Source of the DNA: Rhabdonatronobacter sediminivivens
Lineage (GTDB): Bacteria; Pseudomonadota; Alphaproteobacteria; Rhodobacterales; Rhodobacteraceae
Direction: 5' to 3'
Assembly (NCBI RefSeq): GCF_013415485.1
Contig: NZ_JACBXS010000036.1
Location: 1 to 32,000 of the forward strand
Length of the DNA: 32,000 bases
Shown here: positions 1-9,179 of the stretch, in pieces
Numbering within the stretch: the stretch's first letter is position 1
Layout: the number at the start of each line of letters is the position of its first letter
Translations under genes and position numbers: made by a program
Notes under the pieces: model-generated
Database searches by the model: none
What the model was told of the DNA's origin: nothing
The model's input: the letters and a program-made list of their open reading frames with translations, nothing else

Positions 1-2230
1 GCGGATGGGGCGCGGGGGCGGCGGGGACCTCCCAGCCCGAAAGGTCGATGATATTGTGCCAGTCCTGATCCGACAGGTCGATCGCGCCCAGCTCGGCCCC
101 GTGGTGGGTGACCAGCGCGTCGCGCACCAGCGGGCCGATCGGGTGCCAGACCGCGCCGGGGCCGAACCAGCGGCGGATGTTTTCGGCACAGGCGGCGATG
201 TCATAGCGGGGCACGCCTTCGGGGCCGTAATCGCTCATGGGCGGCTGGTTGACGATCACCTTGATGTGCTTCGCGTCGATCTGCGGCAGGTAGCGCTGGT
301 CATGCCACAGGCTGGGCGGATAGCGCAGGATCAGCAGATCGCAGGAGACGTGATCCTCAGGGGTCAGGACCTGGACCGTATCGCCATCGACCGTGTCTAG
401 AACCTCGTCCAGCATCGACAGCTTCACACCGCTTCCGAACATGTCATAGCGGTAGAGTTCGAACAGCCCCGTGCGCAGCCCGTGGGCGCGGTTGAAGCGC
501 GCCTCTTCCAGGCAGGATTTGACGCTGCCGCCGGGCATGCGGAATTCCGACCCGATGATGACGGGGAAATGCGCCCCGGACAGGGGGCGCGCCCGGTCGG
601 ACAGGATGGCGGGAACGGGAAAGGGGCGGGGCGTGGCCGGATCGGCGCTGTAGCGCAGTTCGGCGGCCCGGTGGTGGTGATGGCGTGCCGCGTTGAGATA
701 GGTTTTCAGCGCGCCATGCGCGGCGGCCGGGGACAGGGCCGGGCCGGGGGCGGCATGGGGCCAGCGGGTCAGCAGCAGCGGGGCTTCGGCGGTCAGGGCT
801 TCGGCGGCCGGGGCCAGGGCGCCGGGGTCGGCATGGCGCAGGCGGGCCAGCAGTTCGGCGTCATGGCCCCGGGCCACCCGGTCCCAGGCGCCCAGACGCT
901 CGGTCATCACGGTGCGGCGCAGCAGCAGCGCGCCCGGGTCGGGGGCGCTCAGGGCCATGTCCTCGGTCCAGCCGGTGACCTGAAGCTGCGGGGTCAGCCA
1001 CAGCCGGTTGGCCAGGGTGGCGGCGTGGGTGTCGCTGTCGCGCAGAGGCGCCATCTGCCGGGCGATGCGCTGCGGATGGGCCAGGCTGGTCGCATCCTGC
1101 ACGGTCACGAAAGCGCCCCGGGCCCGGGCCAGCCCGATGTTCAGCGCCTCGGCCTGCAGCGCCGGGGCGGGCAGGTCCAGCAGGCGGATGCGCGGGTCGC
1201 GCGCGGCCGCGGCGGCCACCTGCGCGGCGGTATCGTCGGTGCTGGCGCGGTCGATGACCAGGATCTCCAGCGCGTGCCAGTCCTGCCGCAGAAGGCTGTT
1301 CAGGGTGGCGGCGATGCTGGCGCCGTGGTTGCAGGTGGCCACCAGCACCGAGACCAGCGGCGCGGTGCCGGTCCCGTCAACCCTGCTGTCCGGCGCCCCT
1401 TCGGGCCAGCCCAGCCGGTCGAAGGGGGTATCGGCCTGCCCCCTGCCCGCTTCGGGGCCTTCCACCCCGGAACCCTCCACCTCGGGGCTCTCCAGCACCG
1501 CGCCCGCCAGCCCGGCCCCGGTCCAGACCGCGTTGATCCAGGCCAGACGCTCGGCCGGGGTGGCGCCCAGGTTGGTGCGGGCCAGATGCAGCCGGTCCGA
1601 GGCCAGCCCCGCCGCCGCATCCCGGTCATAATCGGCCAGGGCGGTGTCCCTGTCGCCCAGCAGCTCCAGGCACAGCAGCCAGGCAGGCGCGATCTGGCGG
1701 CGCAGGGCCAGATCAGGGGCCAGTTGCGCGGCGCGGGCCAGCCAGTCCCGGGCCGCGCCACGGGCTGCCGCGCCGTCCCGCGGGTTGGCGCTGTCATGCA
1801 GATAGAGGCAGCCCAGTTCCAGCGCCGCCCGCGCGCGCCGCCCGTCATCGGGGGCGGTTTCGGCCTGCTGGCGCAGATCCTCCTGCACGCGCCGGGTGAA
1901 GCCAAGCGCCAGCCGCCGCAGCCGCAGCGCGGCCATGGAGTGGTCCGTATCCGGGCGGGGGGCACGGCGGGGCAGGTTGCGCCAGCGCCCGATCAGCTCG
2001 TAATGCACCAGCGGATTGAGCCCGCTCTGCGCGGCCTCGGGGTGGGTGTCCAGATAGAAGCGGGTGTCAAAGAACTTGCCCGGATCACGCCCCAGAAACG
2101 CGCCGTATTTCAGGTAATGTTCCGCCGGGGACATCCCCAGCGCCGCAACCTCGGGGTTCCGGGCCATGTACCATTTGCGGTGAAACTGGTCCGATCCTTC
2201 GATCCGGGCGATCTGGGCCTGCCAGTCCAT
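1..2230 (-). CDS. Family-2 glycosyltransferase carrying the shared N-terminal WY/NPLVHY module; 3' end lies outside the window (partial)
   Basis: Not in the supplied track because no stop falls inside the window. My reverse-strand translation from ATG at 2230 reads MDWQAQIARIEGSDQFHRKWYMARNPEVAALGMSPAEHYLKYGAFLGRDPGKFFDTRFYLDTHPEAAQSGLNPLVHYELIGRW. Further on it reads APLVSVLVATCNHGASIAATLNSLLRQDWHALEILVIDRASTDDT, a GT2 Rossmann/DxD-type signature. The frame stays open to position 2, with strongly G/C-biased third codon positions. Confidence 0.8.
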   Translation of the reverse strand, partial: MDWQAQIARIEGSDQFHRKWYMARNPEVAALGMSPAEHYLKYGAFLGRDPGKFFDTRFYLDTHPEAAQSGLNPLVHYELIGRWRNLPRRAPRPDTDHSMAALRLRRLALGFTRRVQEDLRQQAETAPDDGRRARAALELGCLYLHDSANPRDGAAARGAARDWLARAAQLAPDLALRRQIAPAWLLCLELLGDRDTALADYDRDAAAGLASDRLHLARTNLGATPAERLAWINAVWTGAGLAGAVLESPEVEGSGVEGPEAGRGQADTPFDRLGWPEGAPDSRVDGTGTAPLVSVLVATCNHGASIAATLNSLLRQDWHALEILVIDRASTDDTAAQVAAAAARDPRIRLLDLPAPALQAEALNIGLARARGAFVTVQDATSLAHPQRIARQMAPLRDSDTHAATLANRLWLTPQLQVTGWTEDMALSAPDPGALLLRRTVMTERLGAWDRVARGHDAELLARLRHADPGALAPAAEALTAEAPLLLTRWPHAAPGPALSPAAAHGALKTYLNAARHHHHRAAELRYSADPATPRPFPVPAILSDRARPLSGAHFPVIIGSEFRMPGGSVKSCLEEARFNRAHGLRTGLFELYRYDMFGSGVKLSMLDEVLDTVDGDTVQVLTPEDHVSCDLLILRYPPSLWHDQRYLPQIDAKHIKVIVNQPPMSDYGPEGVPRYDIAACAENIRRWFGPGAVWHPIGPLVRDALVTHHGAELGAIDLSDQDWHNIIDLSGWEVPAAPAPHP

Positions 2231-2497
2231 CGGCGTGTCCGCTGCAGCCCCGGCCGGGATATCCGTCTGCGGGCCGGATACGGACGCGGGGCGGGATGTC
2301 GATGTCATGCGCTTGCCTTGCGGATCGTTCCTGTGCGGATCATGCCTGTCCCTGCCTTGCCACGCCGGAACCCTTCCCCGGGGCTGGTTCGGAAGCATCG
2401 TGAATGGCCGTCGGCATGTCAACGCAGGGACGCCGATTTGCCTGGCCCTTCGCGATGCGTCCGGACCGGCCCGCCGGGGTCTTTGGGTCCGGGCGGG

Positions 2498-3673
2498 TCA
2501 GTCCGACTGGAACAGATCGCGGGTCATGACCTTGTCGGCCACATCGGCCAGGTCCGGGGCGCGGCGGTTGGCGACGATCAGCTCGGCCTCGGCCTTGAAG
2601 GCCTCCAGATCGCGGACCACGCGTGAGCCGAAGAAGCTGTCCTCAGCCATGGCGGGTTCGTAGACGATGACCTCGATCCCCTTGGCCTTGATCCGCTTCA
2701 TGATCCCCTGCACCGCGCTCTGGCGCCAGTTGTCCGACCCTTCCTTCATCACCAACCTGTAGACCCCGACCACGCGCGGATGCGCGGCCACGATCTGCTC
2801 GGCGATGAAATCCTTGCGGGTGCGGTTGGCCTCGACCACGGCGGCGATCAGGTTCTGGGGCACGGTGGCGTAATTGGCCAGCAACTGCTTGCTGTCCTTT
2901 GGCAGGCAATAGCCGCCATAACCGAAGGAGGGGTTGTTGTAATGGCTGCCGATGCGCGGGTCCAGGCAGACCCCGTCGATGATCTGGCGCGTGTCCAGCC
3001 CATGGGCCAGCGCATAGCTGTCCAGCTCGTTGAAATAGGCCACGCGCAGGGCAAGGTATGTGTTGGCGAAAAGCTTGATCGCCTCGGCCTCGGTCGGATC
3101 GGTGAAGAGCACCGGACAGTCGCGGCTGATGGCGCCCTGGCGCAGCATTTCGGCAAAGACCTGCGCGCGCGGGCTGCGTTCGCCCACCACAATGCGCGAG
3201 GGGTGCAGGTTGTCATGCAGCGCGCGCCCCTCACGCAGGAATTCGGGGCTGAAGAGGACGTTGTCGGTCTGCTTTTCGGCGCGGACACGGTCGATGAACC
3301 CCACCGGCACCGTGGATTTGACCACCATCACCGCATCGGGCGCGCGCGCGCGGACCTGGTCGACCACCGCTTCGACGCTGGAGGTATCGAAGGCATTGCT
3401 CTGCGGGTCGTAATTGGTGGGGGTGGCGATGATGACGAAATCGGCCCCGCCATAGGCGGTGTCCGGGTCGGTGGTGGCGGCCAGGTCCAGCGGCTTTTCG
3501 GCCAGCCAGGCGGTGCAATCGGCGTCCTGGATGGGGGCGCGGCGGGCGTTGACCGCGGCAACCCGGTCGGGGTCCAGGTCCAGCGCCACGACCTGGTTGT
3601 GCTGGGCCAGCAGGATGGCGTTGGACAGGCCCACATAGCCCAGCCCGGCCACGGCGATCTTCGTCTTGTGCAT
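2498..3673 (-). CDS. ugd: UDP-glucose 6-dehydrogenase
   Basis: [23 protein letters not shown] (NAD-binding GxGxxG), [10 protein letters not shown] catalytic-Cys motif, ~391 aa. I chose ATG at 3673 rather than the track start 3835, because the upstream 54 codons are Arg/Pro/Cys-rich junk. Confidence 0.95.
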   Translation of the reverse strand: MHKTKIAVAGLGYVGLSNAILLAQHNQVVALDLDPDRVAAVNARRAPIQDADCTAWLAEKPLDLAATTDPDTAYGGADFVIIATPTNYDPQSNAFDTSSVEAVVDQVRARAPDAVMVVKSTVPVGFIDRVRAEKQTDNVLFSPEFLREGRALHDNLHPSRIVVGERSPRAQVFAEMLRQGAISRDCPVLFTDPTEAEAIKLFANTYLALRVAYFNELDSYALAHGLDTRQIIDGVCLDPRIGSHYNNPSFGYGGYCLPKDSKQLLANYATVPQNLIAAVVEANRTRKDFIAEQIVAAHPRVVGVYRLVMKEGSDNWRQSAVQGIMKRIKAKGIEVIVYEPAMAEDSFFGSRVVRDLEAFKAEAELIVANRRAPDLADVADKVMTRDLFQSD

Positions 3674-3725
3674 TGCGAAAAGGATCCCTCTTGAAAAGAC
3701 CATGACGGGCGCCGACCGGGCGCCT

Positions 3726-5411
3726 CTATTTTTCGGCGGAACCGGACAGCGCCGTCTTGACCCGGCGCAGCGGGGCCGTGACCCGCCAGGACGTGCTGTT
3801 GACCAGCAGATCGATGCGCTTGCGCAGGGCATCACGCTTGACCAGTGCCTTTTCCAGCTTGTCGCTCAGCCGGGCGATTTCGGCGGTACGTTCATCGGCC
3901 TGGGCCTGCAGGGCGGTGCAGCTGCGCTGCGCCGTTTCCAGTTGCGCAGCCATTTCGGCCAGGGCGCTGTCGCGCGCGCCCAGCTGCGCCTCGGCGGTGT
4001 CGGCGCGGGTTTCGGCTTCGGTCAGCGCGGCTTCGGCGGTGGTGGCGCGGGTTTCGGCCTCGGCCAGCTGGGCCTCAAGCGCCTTGCGCTGGTCGCGCAG
4101 CTCATTGCCCTGACGCCAGAATTCCTTGCGCCTGGTGTTGGCCTCCTCCAGCTCGGCCTGCATGGTTTCCATCTGTGCGGCCATCTCGGCCTGCGCGGCC
4201 TCGGCGGCGGCGCTCCGCTCCTGATGGGCCGCCACTTCGGCCTGATAGGCCTCTTCGCGGGCTTCCAGCCGTGCGATCAGCTTTTCAACCGCGTCCTGAC
4301 GCTGCGCCAGGCTCTGTTCCAATGCGGCCTGCGCCTGCGCCTGCTGGTCCTGCGTGGCCGTCACCTCGGCCAGGCGCCGATCCCGGGCGGTCAGCTGTGC
4401 GACCAGATCCGCCTGTGCATTCCGGGCCGTGGTCAGCTCCGCCTGCAGCCGGTCGCCCCGTTCGGTCTGGGCGCGCACTGCCTCGCGCAGGTCGAACAGC
4501 TCGGCCTCTGCCCCGGCCATGCGGGCGTGGCGCGCGTCATAGGCCTCGCTGAGGGTGCCATGCCGGTCGCGCAGCTCCTCCAGCGCGGCTTCGACCGCGG
4601 CCTGTTCGCGGGCGCGCTGGTCCAGATCGGCCTCCAGCCGGCGGGCGCGGTTGCTTTCGCTGTCGGCATGATGGGCGGCGGCATTGAGCTGGCCCAGGCG
4701 GCGAAACACCTGATGGACCACATGATGTTCGGGCGAGGCCACGGCAAGCCCGGCCAGGCGCTGCACCCGGCGCGCCCTGTCCTGGCCCGTGTCCTCGGCG
4801 CCATGGCACAGCGCCAGCAGCCCGCCGCCATGATCGAAGCGCACATGGCTGTGGCGCTGTTGCAGCCCGGCCAGCGCATGGGCGGTGTCAGGGTCGCGGG
4901 CGGCGGCCTCCAGCCCGGCCAGGACGGTCACCCCGGGCTGCGCCATGCGGGGGCCCCATTCATTGGTCAGCTGCGCCAGCATCTGCGCGTCCAGCGGGCG
5001 GTCCACCAGCACCAGGTCCAGCCCGTCCTCGACCATGGCCGGGGGCCCGCTGCCCATCTCCAGCCGCGAGAAATCGTCATAATGTTCTTCGTTGTAGCGC
5101 AGCAGATCGGCAGGGATGGCGCCGTCCTTGCGGGTGTCGAAACCGTGGCACACGGCTTCCAGGCCCAGTTTCTCCACCCCTTGGCACAGGGCGAAATGCG
5201 CCACCCCCGTATCCAGCCCCAGGGTGGCGCAGTGGCGCGGGCGCAGATCGGCGATCAGCCAGAACAGGAAGGGCAGATGCTCCAGCCAGCGCGAGGGGCG
5301 CAGGCGCCGCGGGCGCCAGAATATCTCGCGGTTGCCGATGCGCAGGACCGGTTCAGGGTCCGAATGACGAAGCGGGGCGGCAGTATGCGCGCTGGAAACG
5401 GACTGGGACAT
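3726..5411 (-). CDS. Class-I methyltransferase-like (degenerate) N-domain, ~300-aa Ala/Glu/Gln/Arg coiled coil, and C-terminal [13 protein letters not shown] motif
   Basis: N-terminus [17 protein letters not shown]...[16 protein letters not shown]...[11 protein letters not shown] resembles the WxEHxPF-type SAM-methyltransferase family common in LPS/EPS loci. The long heptad-like region runs [39 protein letters not shown] and beyond. 561 aa, good codon bias. Confidence 0.8.
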   Translation of the reverse strand: MSQSVSSAHTAAPLRHSDPEPVLRIGNREIFWRPRRLRPSRWLEHLPFLFWLIADLRPRHCATLGLDTGVAHFALCQGVEKLGLEAVCHGFDTRKDGAIPADLLRYNEEHYDDFSRLEMGSGPPAMVEDGLDLVLVDRPLDAQMLAQLTNEWGPRMAQPGVTVLAGLEAAARDPDTAHALAGLQQRHSHVRFDHGGGLLALCHGAEDTGQDRARRVQRLAGLAVASPEHHVVHQVFRRLGQLNAAAHHADSESNRARRLEADLDQRAREQAAVEAALEELRDRHGTLSEAYDARHARMAGAEAELFDLREAVRAQTERGDRLQAELTTARNAQADLVAQLTARDRRLAEVTATQDQQAQAQAALEQSLAQRQDAVEKLIARLEAREEAYQAEVAAHQERSAAAEAAQAEMAAQMETMQAELEEANTRRKEFWRQGNELRDQRKALEAQLAEAETRATTAEAALTEAETRADTAEAQLGARDSALAEMAAQLETAQRSCTALQAQADERTAEIARLSDKLEKALVKRDALRKRIDLLVNSTSWRVTAPLRRVKTALSGSAEK

Positions 5412-5605
5412 GCGACAGGGCTTCCCGGACTGAAAATTGAGACAAGGATCAGGGCCATCCCTTAACGCATGGCAGGGACGGATGCCAGCCGTGGATGCAA
5501 CGTGCGCTGGCTTCAGGCTTTCTTGGCGGTGCGCCGCTTAGGGTGGCGCCAAGTTTCCCGGCAGCCGCCCTGTCGCCCCCGCACCAACCCCCGGAGCCTG
5601 CGTTC

Positions 5606-6715
5606 ATGTCCGATCTCTCCGCCCGCCTGGGCCTGCCCTATCTGATGCCCGCCCAGGCGCAGAAACATGTCACCCATAACGAGGCCCTGGCCCGCCTGGA
5701 CCTGCTGGTGCAGCTGGTGGTGCAGGGGTTCGAGGCCAGCACCCCGCCCGAAACCCCGCAAGAGGGCCAGATCTGGGCGCTGGGACCGGCCCCCACCGGC
5801 GCCTGGGCGGGCCAGGCCGGGGCGCTGGCCGCCTGGGTGGACGGGGTGTGGCAGTTCATCCCCCCGCAGACCGGCTGGCGCGCCGTGCAGGTGGGGTCCG
5901 AAGGGGCAGAGCTGCGCCTGTTCACCACCGCAGGCTGGGCGGTGCCGCAGGCAGCGCTGCCCGACAGCCTGCCGGGGCTGGGGATCAACACCAGCCATGA
6001 CAGCACCAACCGGCTGGCGGTGGCCGCCGAGGCCACGCTGCTCAGCCACGCAGGCGCGGGCCATCAGCTGAAGCTCAACAAGGCCGCCGCCACCGATACC
6101 GCCAGCCTGCTGTTCCAGACCGGCTGGGGCGGGCGGGCGGAAATGGGCACCGCCGGGACGGATGATTTCGCCATCAAGGTCAGCGCCGATGGCAGCGCCT
6201 GGGCGGACGCGCTGGTGATCGACCGCGCCTCGGGCCGCGCCGCCCTGCCCAATGGCGCCACCATCGCCGGGACCGAGGCCTACCGGCGCGGCAATATCCT
6301 GGGCACGGTCAGCCAGTCCGGCGGGGTGCCCACCGGCGCGGTGATCGATGCGGGCGCCAATGCCAATGGCCATTATGTCCGGTTCGCCGATGGCACCATG
6401 ATCACCGCCACCCGCTTCACCATCACCGAATCCAGCAGTTTCGATGCGCGGCTGACGGCGAATGCAACCCTGCCCGCCGCCTTTCACAGCATCGCCAGCA
6501 TGTATCCGCAGCTCAGCCTGCCCATTCATTCCAGTTCCGCGCTCAGCGGGGTCGATCGCACCGATATTGAAAGCTGGGGCTGCGCGCAGCCGGGCGGGAC
6601 GGGCAGCTTCAGCACCACGCAGATCGGCTGTTCGGTGTTCTGCAAGCCCGGCACGGTCAGCGCCGGCGCCAGCATCGCGGACATGTATCTGACCGTCACC
6701 GGCCGCTGGTTCTGA
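5606..6715 (+). CDS. DUF2793-type phage/GTA tail-fibre-like protein
   Basis: MSDLSARLGLPYLMPAQAQKHVTHNEALARLDLLVQLVV...GQIWALG...WAGQAGALAAWVDGVWQFIPPQTGW is the DUF2793 N-terminal signature as I recall it. The C-terminus GANANGHYVRFADGTMI looks like a fibre-tip domain. ATG at 5606 has GGAG 10 nt upstream, so the track start 5495 is rejected. Confidence 0.85.
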   Translation: MSDLSARLGLPYLMPAQAQKHVTHNEALARLDLLVQLVVQGFEASTPPETPQEGQIWALGPAPTGAWAGQAGALAAWVDGVWQFIPPQTGWRAVQVGSEGAELRLFTTAGWAVPQAALPDSLPGLGINTSHDSTNRLAVAAEATLLSHAGAGHQLKLNKAAATDTASLLFQTGWGGRAEMGTAGTDDFAIKVSADGSAWADALVIDRASGRAALPNGATIAGTEAYRRGNILGTVSQSGGVPTGAVIDAGANANGHYVRFADGTMITATRFTITESSSFDARLTANATLPAAFHSIASMYPQLSLPIHSSSALSGVDRTDIESWGCAQPGGTGSFSTTQIGCSVFCKPGTVSAGASIADMYLTVTGRWF

Positions 6716-6728
6716 AGGAGCGCCCCCC

Positions 6729-7070
6729 ATGAAGATCACCCTGACCCCCGTGTATATGGATGCGCCGCTGGTGCTGGAGCGCGCGGGCGACGTGCTGACC
6801 CTCAACGGCACCGCGTATGATTTCACCCCCCTGCCCGAAGGCGCCACCCTGCCGCGCGCCGCGGTGGGCTGTGACTGGCTGGCCTCGGATGTGGCGCGCG
6901 TGGATGGCGCGCTGCAGCTGACGCTGATCCTGCCCCATGGCGGGCACGCGCCGCCCCGGACCCTGTTTCCGGCGCCGGTCATCGACCCGCCCGACGGGCC
7001 GGTGCCCCTGCCGCCCTTTTCCACATCCGTGCCCACACCCGCAACGGAGGATGACACCGATGGCAATTGA
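6729..7070 (+). CDS. Hypothetical protein, partner of the tail-fibre-like gene
   Basis: AGGAG sits 8 nt upstream of the ATG. It starts 13 nt after the DUF2793 stop. 113 aa with a Pro-rich C-terminus and acceptable codon bias. No recognisable domain. Confidence 0.6.
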   Translation: MKITLTPVYMDAPLVLERAGDVLTLNGTAYDFTPLPEGATLPRAAVGCDWLASDVARVDGALQLTLILPHGGHAPPRTLFPAPVIDPPDGPVPLPPFSTSVPTPATEDDTDGN

Positions 7071-7284
7071 CTGGAATGCAGTGATCAGCGCCGCCGACAA
7101 GGCCGCGGCCCGGGCGATGCGGGGGCGCAAAACAGAGCGGGCGCAGGCGCGGAACTATCTGGCTGAAACCGACTGGTACGTGATCCGCGCCGCCGATACC
7201 GGCGAGCCGATGCCCGCACCGGTGCGCGCCCGGCGCATCGCGGCGCGCCAGATGCTGTCAGGGGACCGGCCCCCTCAGGATTAA
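7060..7284 (+). CDS. Phage tail/tail-fibre assembly chaperone-like small protein
   Basis: MAIDWNAVISAADKAAARAMRGRKTERAQARNYLAETDWYVIRAADTGEPMPAPVRARRIAARQML matches the R..L..TDW....D.G.P.P....YR pattern of tail assembly chaperones. GGAGG lies 9 nt upstream. It overlaps the previous stop by 11 nt. The track start 6937 is rejected. Confidence 0.6.
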   Translation: MAIDWNAVISAADKAAARAMRGRKTERAQARNYLAETDWYVIRAADTGEPMPAPVRARRIAARQMLSGDRPPQD

Positions 7285-7367
7285 GGCGCAGGATCAGGGG
7301 TGGCGCAGTGCGCCCCCCGATGCGCGCCTTGCCCTGCTGCGCTTCCCCCCGTCCGGGGTCATGTGCT

Positions 7368-7390
7368 GCCCCGTCACCGGGTGACGGGGC
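7368..7390. terminator. Perfect 10-bp GC-rich hairpin between convergent genes (candidate bidirectional terminator)
   Basis: gccccgtcac-cgg-gtgacggggc. It lies between the + gene ending at 7284 and the - ORF ending at 7428. No U-tract on either side. Confidence 0.4.
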
Positions 7391-7427
7391 ATCCTGCGTT
7401 CGGGGTCAGCCCCCGGGGGGTGCCCGC

Positions 7428-7622
7428 TCAGGGATCGGCATCATCAAAGAGGTTGAGCCACAGCCGCCCCAGATCGGGGTCCGAACAGGCGGCTTCGCGG
7501 GCGTCTTCGAAGGCTGCGCAGCGGCTTTCGGGGCCGCTTTCGAACTGCGCCGCGCCCGCGCGGGATGCGTCCTGCACCGCGGTCCGGATCGGCAGGGCGG
7601 TCGGATCATTCGGGTATTGCAT
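7428..7622 (-). CDS. Small acidic hypothetical protein (64 aa)
   Basis: MQYPNDPTALPIRTAVQDASRAGAAQFESGPESRCAAFEDAREAACSDPDLGRLWLNLFDDADP. G/C-rich third positions typical of real genes here, and AAAGG upstream of the ATG. No recognisable domain. Confidence 0.45.
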   Translation of the reverse strand: MQYPNDPTALPIRTAVQDASRAGAAQFESGPESRCAAFEDAREAACSDPDLGRLWLNLFDDADP

Positions 7623-7756
7623 GTGTCACCTTTTCTTCGATGATGACAGCATCGCCCCCGCGTATGAAGGTGTCATGACAGTTGCATGAAGTTTGTGCGA
7701 CACCCGCCCGGAAGCGGAAAGCCGTCGCGGCTTATACACTGGGCGGAAACGTTTTC

Positions 7757-7785
7757 TTGAAATGCATAAATGTCAGCTTTATGAC
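7757..7785 (+). promoter_or_regulatory. Candidate sigma70-type promoter (TTGAAA-N17-TATGAC) for the phosphonate operon, overlapped by a TGTCA-N6-TGACA palindrome
   Basis: It lies in the only AT-richer stretch of the window (7623-7847), 60-90 nt upstream of the pepM start. Hexamers were read by eye and there is no experimental support. Confidence 0.3.
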
Positions 7786-7847
7786 ACTCGAACCGTGACG
7801 ACCGTTCCGCGCAGATCGTGGGGCCCGGACGCACGGTCTGACGACAT

Positions 7848-9179
7848 ATGAAAAAACAATTCTGCCGGGGGCAACGAGTGACCAAATCCGTTTACGTGGG
7901 CATGAGCGCCGATCTGATCCATCCGGGCCATATCAACATCCTCAAGCGCGCGGCCGAACTGGGCGAGGTCACCGTGGGCCTGCTGACCGACAAGGCGATT
8001 GCCAGCTACAAGCGCGTCCCCTTCATGGCCTGGGAACAGCGCGCCGAGGTGGTGGGCAACCTCAAGGGTGTGGTCCGCGTGGTCCCGCAGCACACGCTGG
8101 ATTATGTGCCCAACCTGCGCGAATATCGCCCCGATTACGTGGTCCATGGCGATGACTGGCAGACCGGCGTGCAGGCCAAGACCCGTCAGGCGGTGATCGA
8201 TGCGCTGGCCGAATGGGGCGGCGAACTGGTCGAGGTGGCCTATACCCAGGGCGTGTCCTCGACCCAGCTGAACAAGGCGCTCAAGGAGATCGGCACCACC
8301 CCGGACATCCGCCGCGCCAGCCTGCGCCGGATGCTGCATGCCAAGCCGCTGGTGCGCTTTCTGGACCTGCACAATGCGCTCTCGGGGCTGATCATCGAAA
8401 AGGCCTTCATCGACACCCCCCAGGGGCGGCGCGAATTCGACGGGATGTGGGCCAGCTCGCTCACCGATTCCACCGCCAAGGGCAAACCGGATATCGAGGC
8501 CGTGGACACCACGGGGCGGATGAACACCCTCAACGAGGTGCTGGAAGTCACCACCAAGCCGATCATCTATGACGGCGATACCGGCGGCAAGCCCGAGCAT
8601 TTCGTCTTCACCGTGCGCACGCTGGAACGCCTGGGCGTGTCCGCCGTCATCATCGAGGACAAGACCGGGCTGAAGAAGAACTCGCTCTTCGGCACGGATG
8701 TCGCCCAGACCCAGGAAAGCATCGAGGCGTTTTCCGACAAGATCCGCATGGGCAAGCTGGCCCAGCAATCCGAGGATTTCATGATCTTCGCCCGCCTGGA
8801 AAGCCTGATCCTGGGCAAGGGCGTGGATCACGCCATGGAACGGGCCGAGGCGTTTCTGGAGGCCGGCGCCGACGGGATCATGATCCATTCGCGCCAGAAG
8901 ACCCCGGATGAGGTGTTCGAATTCTGCCGCCGCTACAACAAGCTGGAAAACCGCAAGCCGCTGGTGGCCGTGCCCTCAAGCTACAACCAGACCACCGAAC
9001 AGGAACTGGAGGATAACGGCGTCAATATCGTCATCTACGCCAACCAGCTGCTGCGTTCGGCCTATCCGGCGATGCTGGGCACGGCGGTGTCGATCCTGAA
9101 ACACGCGCGGTCTTCGGAATGCGATGAGCGGATGATGCCGATCAAGGAAATCCTGGAGCTGATCCCGGGGACGAAATGA
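7848..9179 (+). CDS. pepM: Bifunctional cytidylyltransferase-phosphoenolpyruvate mutase (Fom1-like architecture)
   Basis: The N-terminal ~130 aa, [26 protein letters not shown], is an HxGH nucleotidyltransferase. The remainder is the PEP mutase core: [45 protein letters not shown]. An alternative in-frame GTG start exists at 7878. Confidence 0.95.
   Translation: MKKQFCRGQRVTKSVYVGMSADLIHPGHINILKRAAELGEVTVGLLTDKAIASYKRVPFMAWEQRAEVVGNLKGVVRVVPQHTLDYVPNLREYRPDYVVHGDDWQTGVQAKTRQAVIDALAEWGGELVEVAYTQGVSSTQLNKALKEIGTTPDIRRASLRRMLHAKPLVRFLDLHNALSGLIIEKAFIDTPQGRREFDGMWASSLTDSTAKGKPDIEAVDTTGRMNTLNEVLEVTTKPIIYDGDTGGKPEHFVFTVRTLERLGVSAVIIEDKTGLKKNSLFGTDVAQTQESIEAFSDKIRMGKLAQQSEDFMIFARLESLILGKGVDHAMERAEAFLEAGADGIMIHSRQKTPDEVFEFCRRYNKLENRKPLVAVPSSYNQTTEQELEDNGVNIVIYANQLLRSAYPAMLGTAVSILKHARSSECDERMMPIKEILELIPGTK

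Noticed and set aside
2231-2497. 142-aa + ORF (2235-2663) and weak hairpins in the ugd-GT2 spacer
   Set aside because: The ORF is Cys/Arg/Ser-rich, reads into the antisense of ugd and has no RBS. The candidate stems (for example cccgcc(c)gg...ccggcggg just after the ugd stop) are bulged and lack U-tracts. I do not call a terminator or a gene here.
482-2626. 714-aa plus-strand ORF and the 221-aa minus ORF at 1300-1965
   Set aside because: Both are alternative frames over the real minus-strand GT2 gene (1-2230). Their translations are Gly/Arg/Pro/Trp-rich and motif-free. The 714-aa ORF also reads through the ugd-GT2 intergenic region into the antisense of ugd.
3666-7066. 599-aa + ORF (3666-5465) and 517-aa - ORF (5513-7066)
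   Set aside because: They lie antisense to the coiled-coil protein and to the DUF2793 gene plus the small-ORF genes respectively. They are low complexity, lack an RBS, and the opposite frames carry recognisable family signatures.
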